Assembly: GCF_006345805.1 (NCBI RefSeq)
Contig: NC_043000.1
Span: 13,640,001 to 13,704,000, forward strand
DNA from: Octopus sinensis
Taxonomy: Eukaryota
Length of the DNA stretch: 64,000 nt
Reading direction: 5' to 3'
In this document: positions 13,591 through 25,420 of the stretch, in pieces
How the letters are laid out: each line of letters begins with the position of its first letter
How positions within the stretch are numbered: position 1 is the first letter of the stretch
Translations under genes and position numbers: made by a program
Notes under the pieces: model-generated
The model's database searches: none
Told to the model about the DNA's origin: nothing
The model's input: only the letters and a program-made list of their open reading frames with translations

Positions 13591-14933
13591 ATATCTATAT
13601 ATATATATATAGGTATGTATGTGTGTGTGTGCATAAGTATATATGTATGTGTGTGTGTGTATAAATATATATATACATATATATGATGATTGCATGTGTG
13701 TATGTGTGTCCATAAAGGAATGAGAAACAGGAAAAGTATTCCTAATGCAATAACAATCATACCATTCACACACACATACACACACACAGATAACACTTAC
13801 ATACATGTCTGCACACTACTTCCCCTTTCTTTTCCATACACAACACATACACAACTTCCCTACACACATGCACAACCACCACTCTGCCCCTAAGGGTTTA
13901 TATACTGTACTGAAACAACAGTTTTTCTATTATGTATTAAAAACATATGTTGGTTTTTTCGTTTTTATTTATTCATTTTTGCTTCATCAGCAAGAAACCC
14001 TTAAAAGGAATTTTAACATCTAATTCCATCTTTGTTAAAGAAAAAAAAAATAAAATAAAGGCTTTTACATTTGGATGCTCTTCTTCTGCAGTAATCGTTC
14101 AACTGTGAAGAATGGGAGCACAATGTGACTGTTGTGGTATTAAGGCTTGAACCACTAACCATACGGTTTGCAGTGATGTACCTCAACTTCACACCCATTG
14201 TTTTAAGAAGGTGTGAAAGTAAATTTAGAAGAACATATGTTGTCCAAATAAATGTCTTAGCTGTCATTGTCGTTATCGTCATTGTCATCATCATCATCAT
14301 CATCATTATCATCATTGTTTTAATGTCCATTTTTCAATGCTTGCATTGGTTGGACAAAACTGGTTGAGTCAGATTTCTCTGCAGATGGATGGATGCCCTT
14401 CCTGTTGCAAAATCCTTAACTGTTTCCAAGCAAGTTAACATTTCCTTGTGGCAAAACACGTTTTTGCAGAATATTGGAAGACATTCATTCACAACAATAC
14501 AATATCAGCACAAAAAGACAAAAAGAAACACATATTCACACACACACACACACACAGACACACACTTAAAAGTATTATTTTGAAACATTGCTTGAACAGC
14601 AACACAAATTCATGACTTAGATTGCATGGAGTTTATGATGTTTATAATAACATTACCACAAAAACCACAAATGAAACACAGAACATGAGCTTGAAGCAGC
14701 AATTTTCACATGTTTTTCACAAAGGTTTTTAAATAAAAGAACATAACTTTAAGTGCTTCCTTCAAATTTTCATTTCATATTTCAAAATTTATTGAGTTTA
14801 CCAGCTGGTGATAAAAAATGAGCTACTCTGAGTACTGGAAATTGAAGCCTTTTAGTTATTATGTATAAAAAAATAATCTTCATTTGTATTGAGTCCTGTA
14901 ATTAATTTATTGCTTCTAGTGAAGCAAGAAATA

Positions 14934-14982
<49 letters not shown>

Positions 14983-15671
14983 AATTAACTGCGTAAAAGT
15001 TAATATGAAGAGTACTCCATCCAATGAGAGTTCAGTATTACTAAATGTTTCTGCTACATGTACTTATTGTGTTACTAATAGTTCCACGTACATATGTACA
15101 TTCATTAGGCACCAATCACTCTATACTCACAAAGCTTTAGTTTAAAGAGTGGAACACTTTATCTTTGTGCCGGTTCTAAACTGTTCCTCTATTTAAACTA
15201 AAGTTTTGGGAGTATAGTGCAATTGGCGCCTGATGAACGTACGCATGCATGGAAACTATTTGTAGCATGATAAGTGCATGTAGTTGAAATGTTGAGTAAT
15301 ATATATGTATATATATTGTATTATGTTATGCTGTGAAGCTATGCATTTTGGCAGAATTTTTCTAATCAGTTCCAGTAGAACAAACCACTCCAAACCTGCA
15401 TTAGAGAATCCTTGTAAATGAAGTAAGGACTAGCTAGCTTGTAACGGCTTTGAGTCATATAAACTTTATTATTATTATTTTCATTTCATTTCTCATAACT
15501 CTTTGATTTTACTTGCTCTGGTTAATTCTGTAAGAGTGAACAGCAACCTGTTTACAAAGGTTTCACAAGGTTTCTTTCCATGATACTTAATATCCAAGAA
15601 CCAATCTCAAAATTCTCACTGTCCCAAATAGAGCAGTTTTCTGAGCATATATTATTATTGTTATTATTATA

Positions 15672-16064
15672 GGCGCAGGAGTGGCTGTGTGGTAAGTAGC
15701 TTGCTTACCAACCACATGGTTCCGGGTTCAGTCCCACTGCATGGCACCTTGGGCAAGTGTCTTCTACTGTAGCCTCGGGCCGACCAAAGCTTTGTGAATG
15801 GATTTGGTAGACGGAAACTGAAAGAAGCCTGTCATATATATGTTTATATATATGTGTGTCTGTGTTTGTCCCCCAACATCGCTTGACAACCGATGCTGGT
15901 GCGTTTACGTCCCTGTAATTTAGCGGTTCTGCAAAAGAGTCCGATAAAATAAGTACTAGGATTACAAAGAATAAATCCTGGGGTCGATTTACTCAACTAA
16001 AGGAGGTGTTCCAGCATGGCCGCAGTCAAAATGACTGAAACAAGCAAAAGATAAAGATAAAAGA
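15672..16064 (+). mobile_element. tRNA-derived SINE, family A (full length)
   Basis: ggcgcaggagtggctgtgtggtaag head with Pol III A/B boxes, CORE-like accttgggcaagtgtc, internal (TA/TG)n and (AAAGAT)n tail. Confidence 0.92.
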
Positions 16065-16373
16065 TGAGTATATACGGGCCTCTTTCAGTTTCCATTTTCC
16101 AAATTCACTCACAAGGCTTTGGCTGGCCTAGGGCTATAGTGGAAGACACTTGCCCAAGGTGTCAATAAAGCTGTCAATGAACATAAGAGTGGTGAGTGGA
16201 CGGAGATGATGAGTGGATGAAGATGGTGAAGTTTTGTTTCAAATGTTTTACAGCATTTCGTTTTAGTTTTCTCCTTCCTCAGTTCAAATCACTGAAGACC
16301 GACCATTTTATTTGATCCTTCAGAAGTTTGTAAAATAAGTATCAGTATTATTATTATATATTGTTGCATTTAA

Positions 16374-16603
16374 GGCGGCGAGCTGGCAGAAACGTTAGCA
16401 CGCCAGGCGAAATGCGTAGCCGTATTTCGTCTGCCATTACGTTCTGAGTTCAAATTCCGCCGAGGTCGACTTTGCCTTTCATCCTTTCGGGGTCGATAAA
16501 TTAAGTACCAGTTACACACTGGGGTCGATGTAATCGACTTAATCCGTTTGTCTGTCCTTGTTTATCTCCTCTGTATTTAGCCCCTTGTGGGTAGTAAAGA
16601 AAT
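16374..16603 (+). mobile_element. tRNA-derived SINE, family B, with 17-bp target-site duplication
   Basis: ggcggcgagctggcagaa head, gagttcaaattcc B box and gcctttcatcctttcggggtcgataaattaagtaccag central domain. TSD tatatattgttgcattt at 16355-16371 and 16603-16619. Confidence 0.93.
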
Positions 16604-17140
16604 ATATATTGTTGCATTTGACTATACTGCCTCCTCTCTTAAACAAATTTGACCATAGAGGTTGAAGCATGGCTATGTGGTAAAGAAACTTGATTTGCAA
16701 CCATGTGGTTTCCTGTTCAGTTTCACTGCATGGTGCCTTGGGCAAATGTTTTTTCTGCTATAGCCCCAGGCCAATCAATGACTAATGCATGTGTGTGTGT
16801 GACCAGTGTTGGTTTGTAATTTAGCTCTTTGCCATAAATGACAAAATAAGTACGAGGCTTTAAAAAAAAATAAGCACTAGAGTTGATTCAATCAACTAAA
16901 CCCTTCGAGACAGCACCTTCATATGGCCACTGTCCAACAAAAGAAACAAGTAAAAGGTAAAAGACATAAACATCTACTATAATAATACTCTTGTGTTTTT
17001 CTCCATCACAACATATGAATGAGAAAGGAAGGGGTGATAGGTGAATAAGGAAGGAAGGGAGTGATAGCAAACCTGGTAGTGGGAGCATATCAACTCTGTG
17101 TGAGTATATGTGTGTGTTTGTAAAAGGGAGATATGTGAAT

Positions 17141-17305
17141 ATTTGTGCCTCTGTGTGTGTGTGTGTGTGTATGCGTGTGTGTGTGTGTGTGTGTGTGTCT
17201 GTGCAATAGAAGTGGGATGGTGAACATTTGTGCCTCTGTGTGTGTGTGTGTGTGTGCGTGTGTGTGTGTGTGTGTCTGTGCAATAGAAGTGGGATGGTGA
17301 ACATT
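17141..17305. repeat. Local tandem duplication of an ~85-bp unit containing (TG)n
   Basis: atttgtgcctct(TG)n...gcaatagaagtgggatggtgaac occurs twice (17141-17225 and 17226-17305). Confidence 0.9.
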
Positions 17306-17512
17306 CAACATTGAAAAGAAAAATCAAATAGCGTTTCAACTTTGTGTGAGTGTGTGTGTGTGTGCAAGGGAAGTATGTGAATGCATGTGTGAACCAGCGT
17401 CATTTGAGTAACAAACGATGATTGATGTCACATCTCAAAAGACAACCACTGGATAACATTGGCAAGTGTATTTATTTGATTTACCGTCCATATTTATGTA
17501 TATAAATATTAC

Positions 17513-17728
17513 CTCGCCTGGCACCAGTGCAGGTGGCACGTAAAAAGCACCCACTACACTCACGGAGTGGTTGGCGTTAGGAAGGGCATCCAGCTGTAGA
17601 AACGTTGCCAGATAAGACCGGAGCCTGGTGCAGCCTTCTGGCTTCCCAGATCCCCGGTCGAACCGTCCAACCCATGCTAGCATGGAGAATGGACATTAAA
17701 CGATGATGATGATGATGATGATGATGAT
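17513..17728 (+). mobile_element. Short non-coding RTE 3'-end copy (young)
   Basis: Same sequence and almost the same 5' truncation point (ctcgcctggcaccagtgcagg) as 3269-3480. (GAT)n tail. Confidence 0.9.
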
Positions 17729-17944
17729 TACAATCAGCCATCATTTTTGACAACACAGGGCCAGCTAGTATGTAACATTGAGCCAACTGGGATGTATTTG
17801 ATCATAGACCTGCTCAGTCAAGGGGGATGACCTAGGACTAAGCAACAACAACATACATAATATATGAACCCATTTTTTTCTCTCTCCATTTTTTTTCCTT
17901 CTCTCTGATTTTCTTCTTTCTCTTTCCGTTTTTTCCCTCTCAAT

Positions 17945-18070
17945 CCTTTCTATCAAAGAGCATAGGCTCGAAATGTCAAAGACTTTTCCATTCTTCCCAA
18001 GCATTAAACTAATACACCTGCTTGTTGTTCCTTGACCTGTCTTCATCTTTTGTTTTCTGTAAATTTGAAC
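17945..18070 (+). mobile_element. Decayed PLE-like terminal repeat remnant with minimal hammerhead-like motif
   Basis: cttt-CTATCAAA-gagc atag gctc-GAAA-TGTC-aaag. Stem I (cttt/aaag) and stem II (gagc/gctc) are intact and the core is mutated. Confidence 0.5.
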
Positions 18071-18515
18071 CTAAAACCATGTGGTGGCAAAGTGAGTGGT
18101 TAAGCAGCTCACTTTGCCACCACATGGTTTTAGGTTCAGTCCCACTGTACAACATCTACTATAACTGCAGGCTGACCAAAGCCCTGTGAGCGGATTTGGC
18201 AGAGAGAAACTAAGAGAAACCCATTGTATACAGGTGTGTGTGTGTGTGTGTGTGTGTGCATGCATGTGCCTGTGTCTGTGTGTGTGTAAGCGTGAGTATA
18301 TCTTTGTGTGTGTTTGTTCCCCACCATTGCTTGAGAACCAGTGTTAGCTTGCTTACATCTTGATAACTTAGCAGTTTCACAAAAGAGACTGATAGAACAA
18401 GGCTTAAAAGTAAATACTGGAGCCAATTTTTTCAATTACCCTCCAAGGAGGTGCCCCAGCATGGTCACAAATCAGAATGACTGAAAAAGTGTAAAAGGTA
18501 AAACATACACTGTAG

Positions 18516-18549
<34 letters not shown>

Positions 18550-18778
18550 GGCGGTGAGCTGGCAGAAACGTTAGCACGCCGGGCAAAATGCGTAGCCGTA
18601 TTTCATCTGCCATTACGTTCCAAGTTCAAATTCCGCCGAGGTCGACTTTGCCTTTCGTCCTTTCGGGGGTCGATAAATTAAGTACCAGTTACACACTGGG
18701 ATCAATGTAATCGACTTAATCCCTTTGTCTGTCCTTGTTTATTCCCTGTGTTTAGCCCCTTTTGGGTAATAAAGAAAT
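18550..18778 (+). mobile_element. tRNA-derived SINE, family B
   Basis: Near-identical to 16374-16603. Confidence 0.92.
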
Positions 18779-18792
18779 ATATATATATACAT

Positions 18793-19194
18793 GTGGCTGT
18801 GTGGTAAGTAGCTTGCTAACCAACCACATGGTTCTGGGTTCAGTCCCACTGCGTGGCATCTTGGGCAAGTGTCTTCTGCTATAGCCCCGGGCCGACTAAT
18901 GCCTTGTGAGTGGATTTGTTAGACAGAAACTGAAAGAAGCCTGTCGTATATATTTGTATATATATATATATGTGTATGTGTGTGTGTTTGTGTGTGTGTT
19001 TGTCCCCCTAGCATTGCTTGACAACCGATGGTGGTGTGTTTACATCCCCATAACTTAGCAGTTCGGCAAAAGGGACCGATAGAATAAGTACTGGGCTTAC
19101 AAAGAATAAGTCCCGGGGTCGATTTGCTCGACTAAAGGCGGTGCTCCAGCATGGCCACAGTCAAATGACTGAAACAAGTAAAAGAGTAAAAGAG
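18793..19194 (+). mobile_element. tRNA-derived SINE, family A (young)
   Basis: Full body with (AAAAGAGT)n tail. Close inverted match to 20392-20808. Confidence 0.93.
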
Positions 19195-19845
19195 TATATA
19201 TATATATAATCAAAATAAGCAACAGGATATATATATATGTATATATATACTCTTTTGTTGCTAAATATTTCAATTAAACAGGAAAAAATAAAGAAAGCCA
19301 AAGAAAGCGGAAGGGATCACAGAAATCTATATTTAGAGGAAAGGACATTTCCAGAGAAAATTCTTTTAATTGACTTCAACTGCTTTAGTGTTTTCTTTCC
19401 CCATTCTCATCATCTCTCCATACCCACCCCCCCACTTCCATTACATATACATCTATCCTCACTGTCTCTATCACTCTATTCCCATCTCCCCCACTCTCTC
19501 TTTCCCTCCCTCTTTCTTAGACATACTCTTTTATTTTTATAGCTCTTGATCTCACCTCTCTCCTTTTTTTTTCTTACATATCCTTATTTTTTTTTTTCTC
19601 TCTTCAACTTTTGCTCTTTTTTTCAGCTCCACCACTCCTTCAGTTCCACATAAGGAAGGAAGGGAGAGAGGGAGGGAAGGAGGAGGAGGGGTAGGGGGTC
19701 AAATCCCCTACTTCTTTCTTTTCTATCACACAGATATTGGGAAGCCACATCACGCACATACCTACCCACCACCAACATACATACATACATACATACATAC
19801 CATATCTTGCAGCAATGGTGATACCTTCTACTACCAAACATACCT

Positions 19846-19878
<33 letters not shown>

Positions 19879-20391
19879 CACACAGAATAACACCCAGCAG
19901 GCAGAATTCCTTCACTGTGTGCCTTCCTAGTATTGGGATGCCATGAGCAAGGCAAGGCAGCAGGCTGTGCCAGCATTGGGTTGCCATCCATCTTACTTTC
20001 ACCTTCCTCCTGTGTTCCTCCTTCACTGGTTCTAAGGAGCTGCAAAAAGGAAACTAGGTTGTAAGATCTAGGCCAGGGGCGGGTCAGGCGGAGGTCAGTG
20101 TAATCTGGTTCCTTTACCCTAAAAACCTTGGACTGTTAAAGGCTGCATGCTCCCTACCTAACATATCAACCACTGGGGCAGAGACATGCAATGCTGAACT
20201 TCTTGATTTAGAATAAGTGAGCAATTAACTTTTGGAGGTGTATATGTATCTGCATGTGTGAGCATAAGAAAGAGAGAGAGATAGTCTATATATCTGTGGG
20301 TGTATTTGTATGTCTTCAATACAAGCCAATAAAATATGTTATTGTATGGGAAGCAAAACTTCCCCAGTAGGTCAAGTTGCAGCATTGATTC

Positions 20392-20808
20392 ATACTCTCT
20401 CTTTTACTCTTTTACTTGTTTCAGTCATTTGACTGTGGCCATGCTGGAGCACCGCCTTTAGTCGAGCAAATCGACCCCGGGACTTATTCTTTGTAAGCCC
20501 AGTACTTATTCTATCGGTCTCTTTTTGCCAAACCGCTAAGTGACGGAGACGTAAACACACCAGCATCGGTTGACAAGCAATGCTAGGGGGACAAACACAG
20601 ACACACAAACACACACACACATATATATATATATATACATATATACGACAGGCTTCTTTCAGTTTCCGTCTACCAAATCCACTCACAAGGCATTGGTCGG
20701 CCCGGGGCTGTAGCAGAAGACACTTGCCCAAGATGCCACGCAGTAGGACTGAACCCGGAACCATGTGGTTGGTTACCAAGCTACTTACCACACAGCCACT
20801 CCTGCACC
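20392..20808 (-). mobile_element. tRNA-derived SINE, family A (young)
   Basis: Reverse complement of the family A pattern, from head to tail. Confidence 0.93.
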
Positions 20809-21241
20809 TATAGCATTAAAACAACAAACCCGTAACATATACTAAATACCTTAGTAAATGTAGGGATAATACACAGCATCAGAAAATAACAAATAATTTC
20901 ACATGACAATTATAATAACATTCATGTAAATAATAATATTTTCAAATTTTGGCACAAGGTCAGTAATTCTGGGTGAGGTATTAAGTTGATTACATCGATG
21001 CAAAGTCTTCAACTGGACCTTATTTTAAAAACCTCGAAAGGATGAAACGTAAAGTCAACCTTGGTGGAATTTGAACTCAGAACATAAAGACCAATGAAAT
21101 GCTACTAAGCATTTTGCCTGACATGCTGAGGATTCTGCTACCTTGCTTCCCGATAATATAATAATAATAATAATGATAATGATAATAATAATAATGATAA
21201 TGATAATAATAATAATGATAATGATAATAATGATAATGATG

Positions 21242-21279
<38 letters not shown>

Positions 21280-21295
21280 TAATAATAATAATAAT

Positions 21296-21607
21296 AAGGG
21301 AACCGAATAATAAGGGAACCGAAAATTATATGAGAATGATCCTTGGCTTACCATCCCTGCAAGAAGTGCAAAAGATTGTCTTAACTGGTACATCACACGT
21401 ATTGAGAAGAGCATTGTCGATGTGAGAACTATTGCTGCTCATGTATTTTAATTTAACTTAAAAAAATTTTTTTTAATTTAAAAAAATTAACGAACTATTG
21501 AGTTTGGTTTAATGGCCTACCAATGTATACTATGAGTTTCTTTGCCCTAAGAGTCGGGAAGACACTCGGCAAGAAATGGAAGAAAATTTGAAAGAAGAAA
21601 AAGAGAG
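21296..21607 (+). mobile_element. R4/Dong-type non-LTR retrotransposon, 5'-truncated copy 1, in (TAA)n
   Basis: Encodes KGTENYMRMILGLPSLQEVQKIVLTGTSHVLRRALSM* plus 3' UTR. Nearly identical to the 3' part of copy 2 and flanked by (TAA)n on both sides. Confidence 0.85.
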
Positions 21608-21620
21608 TAATAATAATAAC

Positions 21621-21669
<49 letters not shown>

Positions 21670-21672
<3 letters not shown>

Positions 21673-21880
21673 TCTACTAAAGGCATAAGGTCTGGAAATT
21701 GGGGGAGGGGACTAGTCGATTACATTGCCCCCAGTGTTTCACTGGTACTTAATTTATTGACCCCGAAAGGATGAAAGGCAAAGTTGACCTTGGCAAAATT
21801 TGAATTCAGAATGTAGGGATGGGTGAAATACAGCTAAACATTTCATTCAAGGTGCTAATGACTCTACCAGCTCACCGCCT
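21670..21880 (-). mobile_element. tRNA-derived SINE, family B variant, between (TAA)n tracts
   Basis: Reverse complement contains ggcggtgagctgg head, ttctgaattcaaatt B box and gcctttcatcctttcggggtcaataaattaagtaccag. Confidence 0.85.
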
Positions 21881-21884
21881 TATG

Positions 21885-21931
<47 letters not shown>

Positions 21932-21934
<3 letters not shown>

Positions 21935-22484
21935 GACCAAAACAATAAAGTTTGCTTATGAAAGACCAAAACAATAAAGTTTGCTTATGAAAGACCAAAA
22001 CAATAAAGTTTGCTTATGAAAGACCAAAACAATAAAGTTTGCTTATTGGACATGAGCATCCCCTGTGATCATAATATCTCAGCGAAAGAGTTTAATAAGC
22101 TCAGAAAATATAAAGACCTACTCATTGAAATTGAGAAAATGTGGCATCTCAAGGTGGTTACAATACCAGTGATCGTAGGAGCACTAGGAATGATCAAGAA
22201 GGGAACCGAAAATTATATGAGAATGATCCCTGGCTTACCATCCCTGCAAGAAGTGCAAAAGATTGTCTTAACTGGTACATCACACGTATTGAGAAGAGCA
22301 TTGTCGATGTGAGAACTGTTGCTGCTCATGTATTTTAATTTAACTTAAAAAAAAAAAAAAATGAACGAACTATTGAGTTTGGTTTAATGGCCTACCAATG
22401 TATACTATGAGTTTCTTTGCCCTAGGAGTCGGGAAGACACTCGGCAAGAAATGGAAGCAAATTTGAAAGAAGAAAAAAAAAAAG
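21932..22484 (+). mobile_element. R4/Dong-type non-LTR retrotransposon, 5'-truncated copy 2 (restriction-like endonuclease C-terminus)
   Basis: ORF 22010-22312 (...VCLLDMSIPCDHNISAKEFNKLRKYKDLLIEIEKMWHLKVVTIPVIVGALGMIKKG...) has the RLE D...K.KY...PV.VGALG pattern. (TAA)n flanks. Confidence 0.88.
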
Positions 22485-22506
22485 TAATAATAATAATAAT
22501 AATAAT

Positions 22507-22920
22507 ACGCTAGAGCATAACAGACCGGACCTAATGGTGGTGGACAAGGTGCACCACATATGCTATATAGTTGATGCTGCATGCCTCTTTGACTTACAAA
22601 TAGTCAAGAAGGAAGGCAAAAAGATAGATGGATAAAATCCTCTTAAGTACGAAATAACCTGGCTATGGAAAATGAAGAAGGTGAAGATAGTGCCAATTAT
22701 TGTTGGATCTTTGGGAAGAGTATCGGAAGGCATCAAGAGGAATATAAACGAAATAGGAATAGAGTGCCCAATAGAATTGTTACAAAAGGTTTGCCTCCCA
22801 TGCATGGCCAGAATAATCAGCAAAGTATTAGATAGCTGAAAAGAATGTATAGCATGGTACCGTAGGTCTCAGATAGTAAACCCGCTATGCATGCAAGACT
22901 TCAGGAGCTCAAAAGAGAAA
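22507..22920 (+). mobile_element. R4/Dong-type non-LTR 3' fragment, different subfamily (decayed)
   Basis: Translates LEHNRPDLMVVDKVHHICYIVDAAC...KYEITWLWKMKKVKIVPIIVGSLGRV, which includes the RLE RPD motif. Starts in (TAA)n. Confidence 0.82.
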
Positions 22921-22939
22921 ATAATAATAATGAGAAAAT

Positions 22940-23571
22940 GGATCTCTTCAGTTTAGCTCACAGACCTTTTAATTATTCTTTTCTAACTAAACAATTTGAA
23001 ATTTTGTATACTGGTGTAATTTCTCACATTGAACACGGTTTACTTTCAACATTTTTGACAAAATTTCATATTTTAGAAGTTATTTTGTGTTAAAGTTGTT
23101 GTATTTGGGTAATTTTAACTAAACAACGATGTGTATTCAGTTGAAGAAACCTACTGCAATAGTAATCAAAGAGCAACAACTTCTGGCTTACATGTGGATA
23201 TAATACAGGCAAATGTACAAAGAGGTGATAAGTGTCTAATATGCAACATAGACAGTAAACAAAAATGAAATAGAACAGAATGATGAAAATAATCACAGGC
23301 AGTAAGTCAAAATATTCACAGGTAAGCTAGAAGTTGTTACTCTTCGATTATCGCAGTTGGTTTCTTCAGCTGAATACATGTTGTTGATTGGTTAAAATTA
23401 CCCAAATATGACAACTTCAACACAAAATAACTTCTAAAATACAAAACTTTATCAAAAATGTTGAAAGTAAACCATGTTCAGCATGAGAAATTACACCAGT
23501 ATACAAAGTTTCAAACTGTTTAGTTAAAAAAAAATAATTTTAAAAATCTGTGAGCTAAACTGAAGAGATCC
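22940..23571. mobile_element. Long-TIR non-autonomous DNA transposon, 8-bp TSD (Merlin-like or MULE-like)
   Basis: ~250-bp imperfect TIRs (22940-23191 / 23321-23571) beginning ggatctcttcagtttagctcacaga. TSD gagaaaat at 22932-22939 and 23572-23579. Confidence 0.85.
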
Positions 23572-24499
23572 GAGAAAATAATAATAATAATAATCCTTTC
23601 TGCTGGAAGCACAAGGCCTGAAATTTGGTAGTGGGGAGAGGGGCTAAATCAATTACATCGACCCCACTGAAAGGATAAAAGGCAAAGTCAGCTTCAGCAA
23701 CATTTGATCTCAAAAAGTAAAAAATGATGAAATGCTGTTAAGAATTTTGGCCAGCATGAAACATAATACACATGAATACAACAGCAAAAGATTGCAATAA
23801 AATTACTCTGAAGTGCAAACATATGCTGATAAACCTTCGATGTTAAAAGCTAGAGTTCAATTGTGCAAGAGCCCTGGGGAAGAACTGTTTCAGAGCCTGG
23901 TTTGCTTGGCTGAAATATATCTACCAGATGTCAGCTAATGAATAGCCTATGGTTGAGATTTCTAATATGATAGTTCTCTTTACACAATGAGACTAGGAGA
24001 TCTTTTCCTTGAATAGAATACCAATGATTTTGTAGCCATTTTTCACCATCCATAGAAGTTCTAACTGGTGCGAAGTAGTTGCCATATATAGCGCACTCAC
24101 GTGTGTGTGTGTATATGTGTGTGTGTGAGAGAGAGAGAGAGAGTGTGTGTGTGTGTGTTCTTTTATAATTATACTGGTTGGAGTCATTTTACTACAGGCA
24201 TGTTAGGGCACCGCCTTCAAGGGCATATTGACACTACTACTGGATTGATACATATTGTATTCACCTCACTGATGTTGCAATTTCTCACCTAGCTGAATAA
24301 AAATCTGTTATATGCAACAGAAGCAGTATTAGATTAAAATAAATATGTTTATCATACTTAATGTAAATATACGGCAGAAAAAGCAAACTACTGCAATATT
24401 CATCTGGAGATAATATCTCTTATGGATATGCTGTGTCTAAAGATTCAAATATTCCAGTAGCAGGTGAAAATCAGCCAGCAGTAACAGAGAATGCTAGAT

Positions 24500-25420
24500 G
24501 TCAATTTCTGTGTTGTTGAGCTTTGTCAATAACATGTACTCACTGCTAAATGCAGGTTATGACAATCTCCATTGCTATGGATATAGGAAAACAGTGGGCC
24601 ATACTGGGGCACTGCCCTGAAGAACCCTTTGGTTTCACAGTGCCCCCCCCCACTCGGCATCTGTCGCGGTCTCTGCATGAACATCCTGCCTCTCCCTGTG
24701 GCCTAGGAGTACTAACTAGGATGCTCTTAATGTTGGCAGCACAGCTAAATGAGACTAACGTTGTGCCTATTGAAAATGGTCCTGCACCTAAGGGAGCTAG
24801 TGAAATGCTTATCTATTAATTTAAAGAATATTCTACCTATGGGCCATTTTGTGTTAAGAGAGAAGTGTGTAGGGGTGAAACCAAATGGTATATCGGTGGC
24901 GCTCCCTTCTGCAGTTGTTGGGTTCCAGCATGTTGGGCCTTGTTATAGTATAGGGCCACTGCATTGAAAATATTTTGGTTGGAGGAAAGGTTCATGATCC
25001 TCTTACCAACACCCTTCAGGCTTTTGAACAAAATGGGTGGATGGCAGGAGACTGTGTTGATGTACATTAGTCTCTCATTTGGTTAGCGGTAGGGCCTGTA
25101 TATACCAGACCTCAAGTCAAGCATGACGTCTAAGAAATCCATGGTTGTGACGTTGGTCTCTATAGTGATTTTCAATCCTACGGAAGCAAGTGTGCTGATT
25201 AGATCTTTTCTAAGCCTGTCTAGTGTATGCTCATTTGCCCAACCCACTAGAGATGGTCAGGGCATCATCTCTGTAGAGACCAAAGAGGACAGAGGCGAAA
25301 TTTTCCAAAGAGTATTGAGGATATACAACCTGATGAGGTCACTTCGGGTCATATTTACATTTCAGAAGGTTCCTGCTAGCTTCTTGGAGCCCACAAGATG
25401 GTGGCACAGCTGGAGGTCAA
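24500..25420 (-). pseudogene. Penelope-like element (PLE) reverse transcriptase/linker relic
   Basis: Minus strand: LYILNTL...GLYRDDAL (YRDD at 25264-25275)...LRKDLISTLASVGLKITIETNVTTMDFLDVMLDLRSGIYRPYR*PNERLMYINTVSCHPP...IGRIFFKLIDKHF...IFNRHNV...SCAANIKSI...CSCRDRDRC. These match PLE RT thumb and Cys-linker motifs, with stops and frameshifts. Confidence 0.85.

Noticed and set aside
15672-15760. tRNA-like sequences at SINE heads (also 16374, 40969, 49837)
   Set aside because: They have A/B boxes but no complete cloverleaf or acceptor stem, and each continues into a SINE body.
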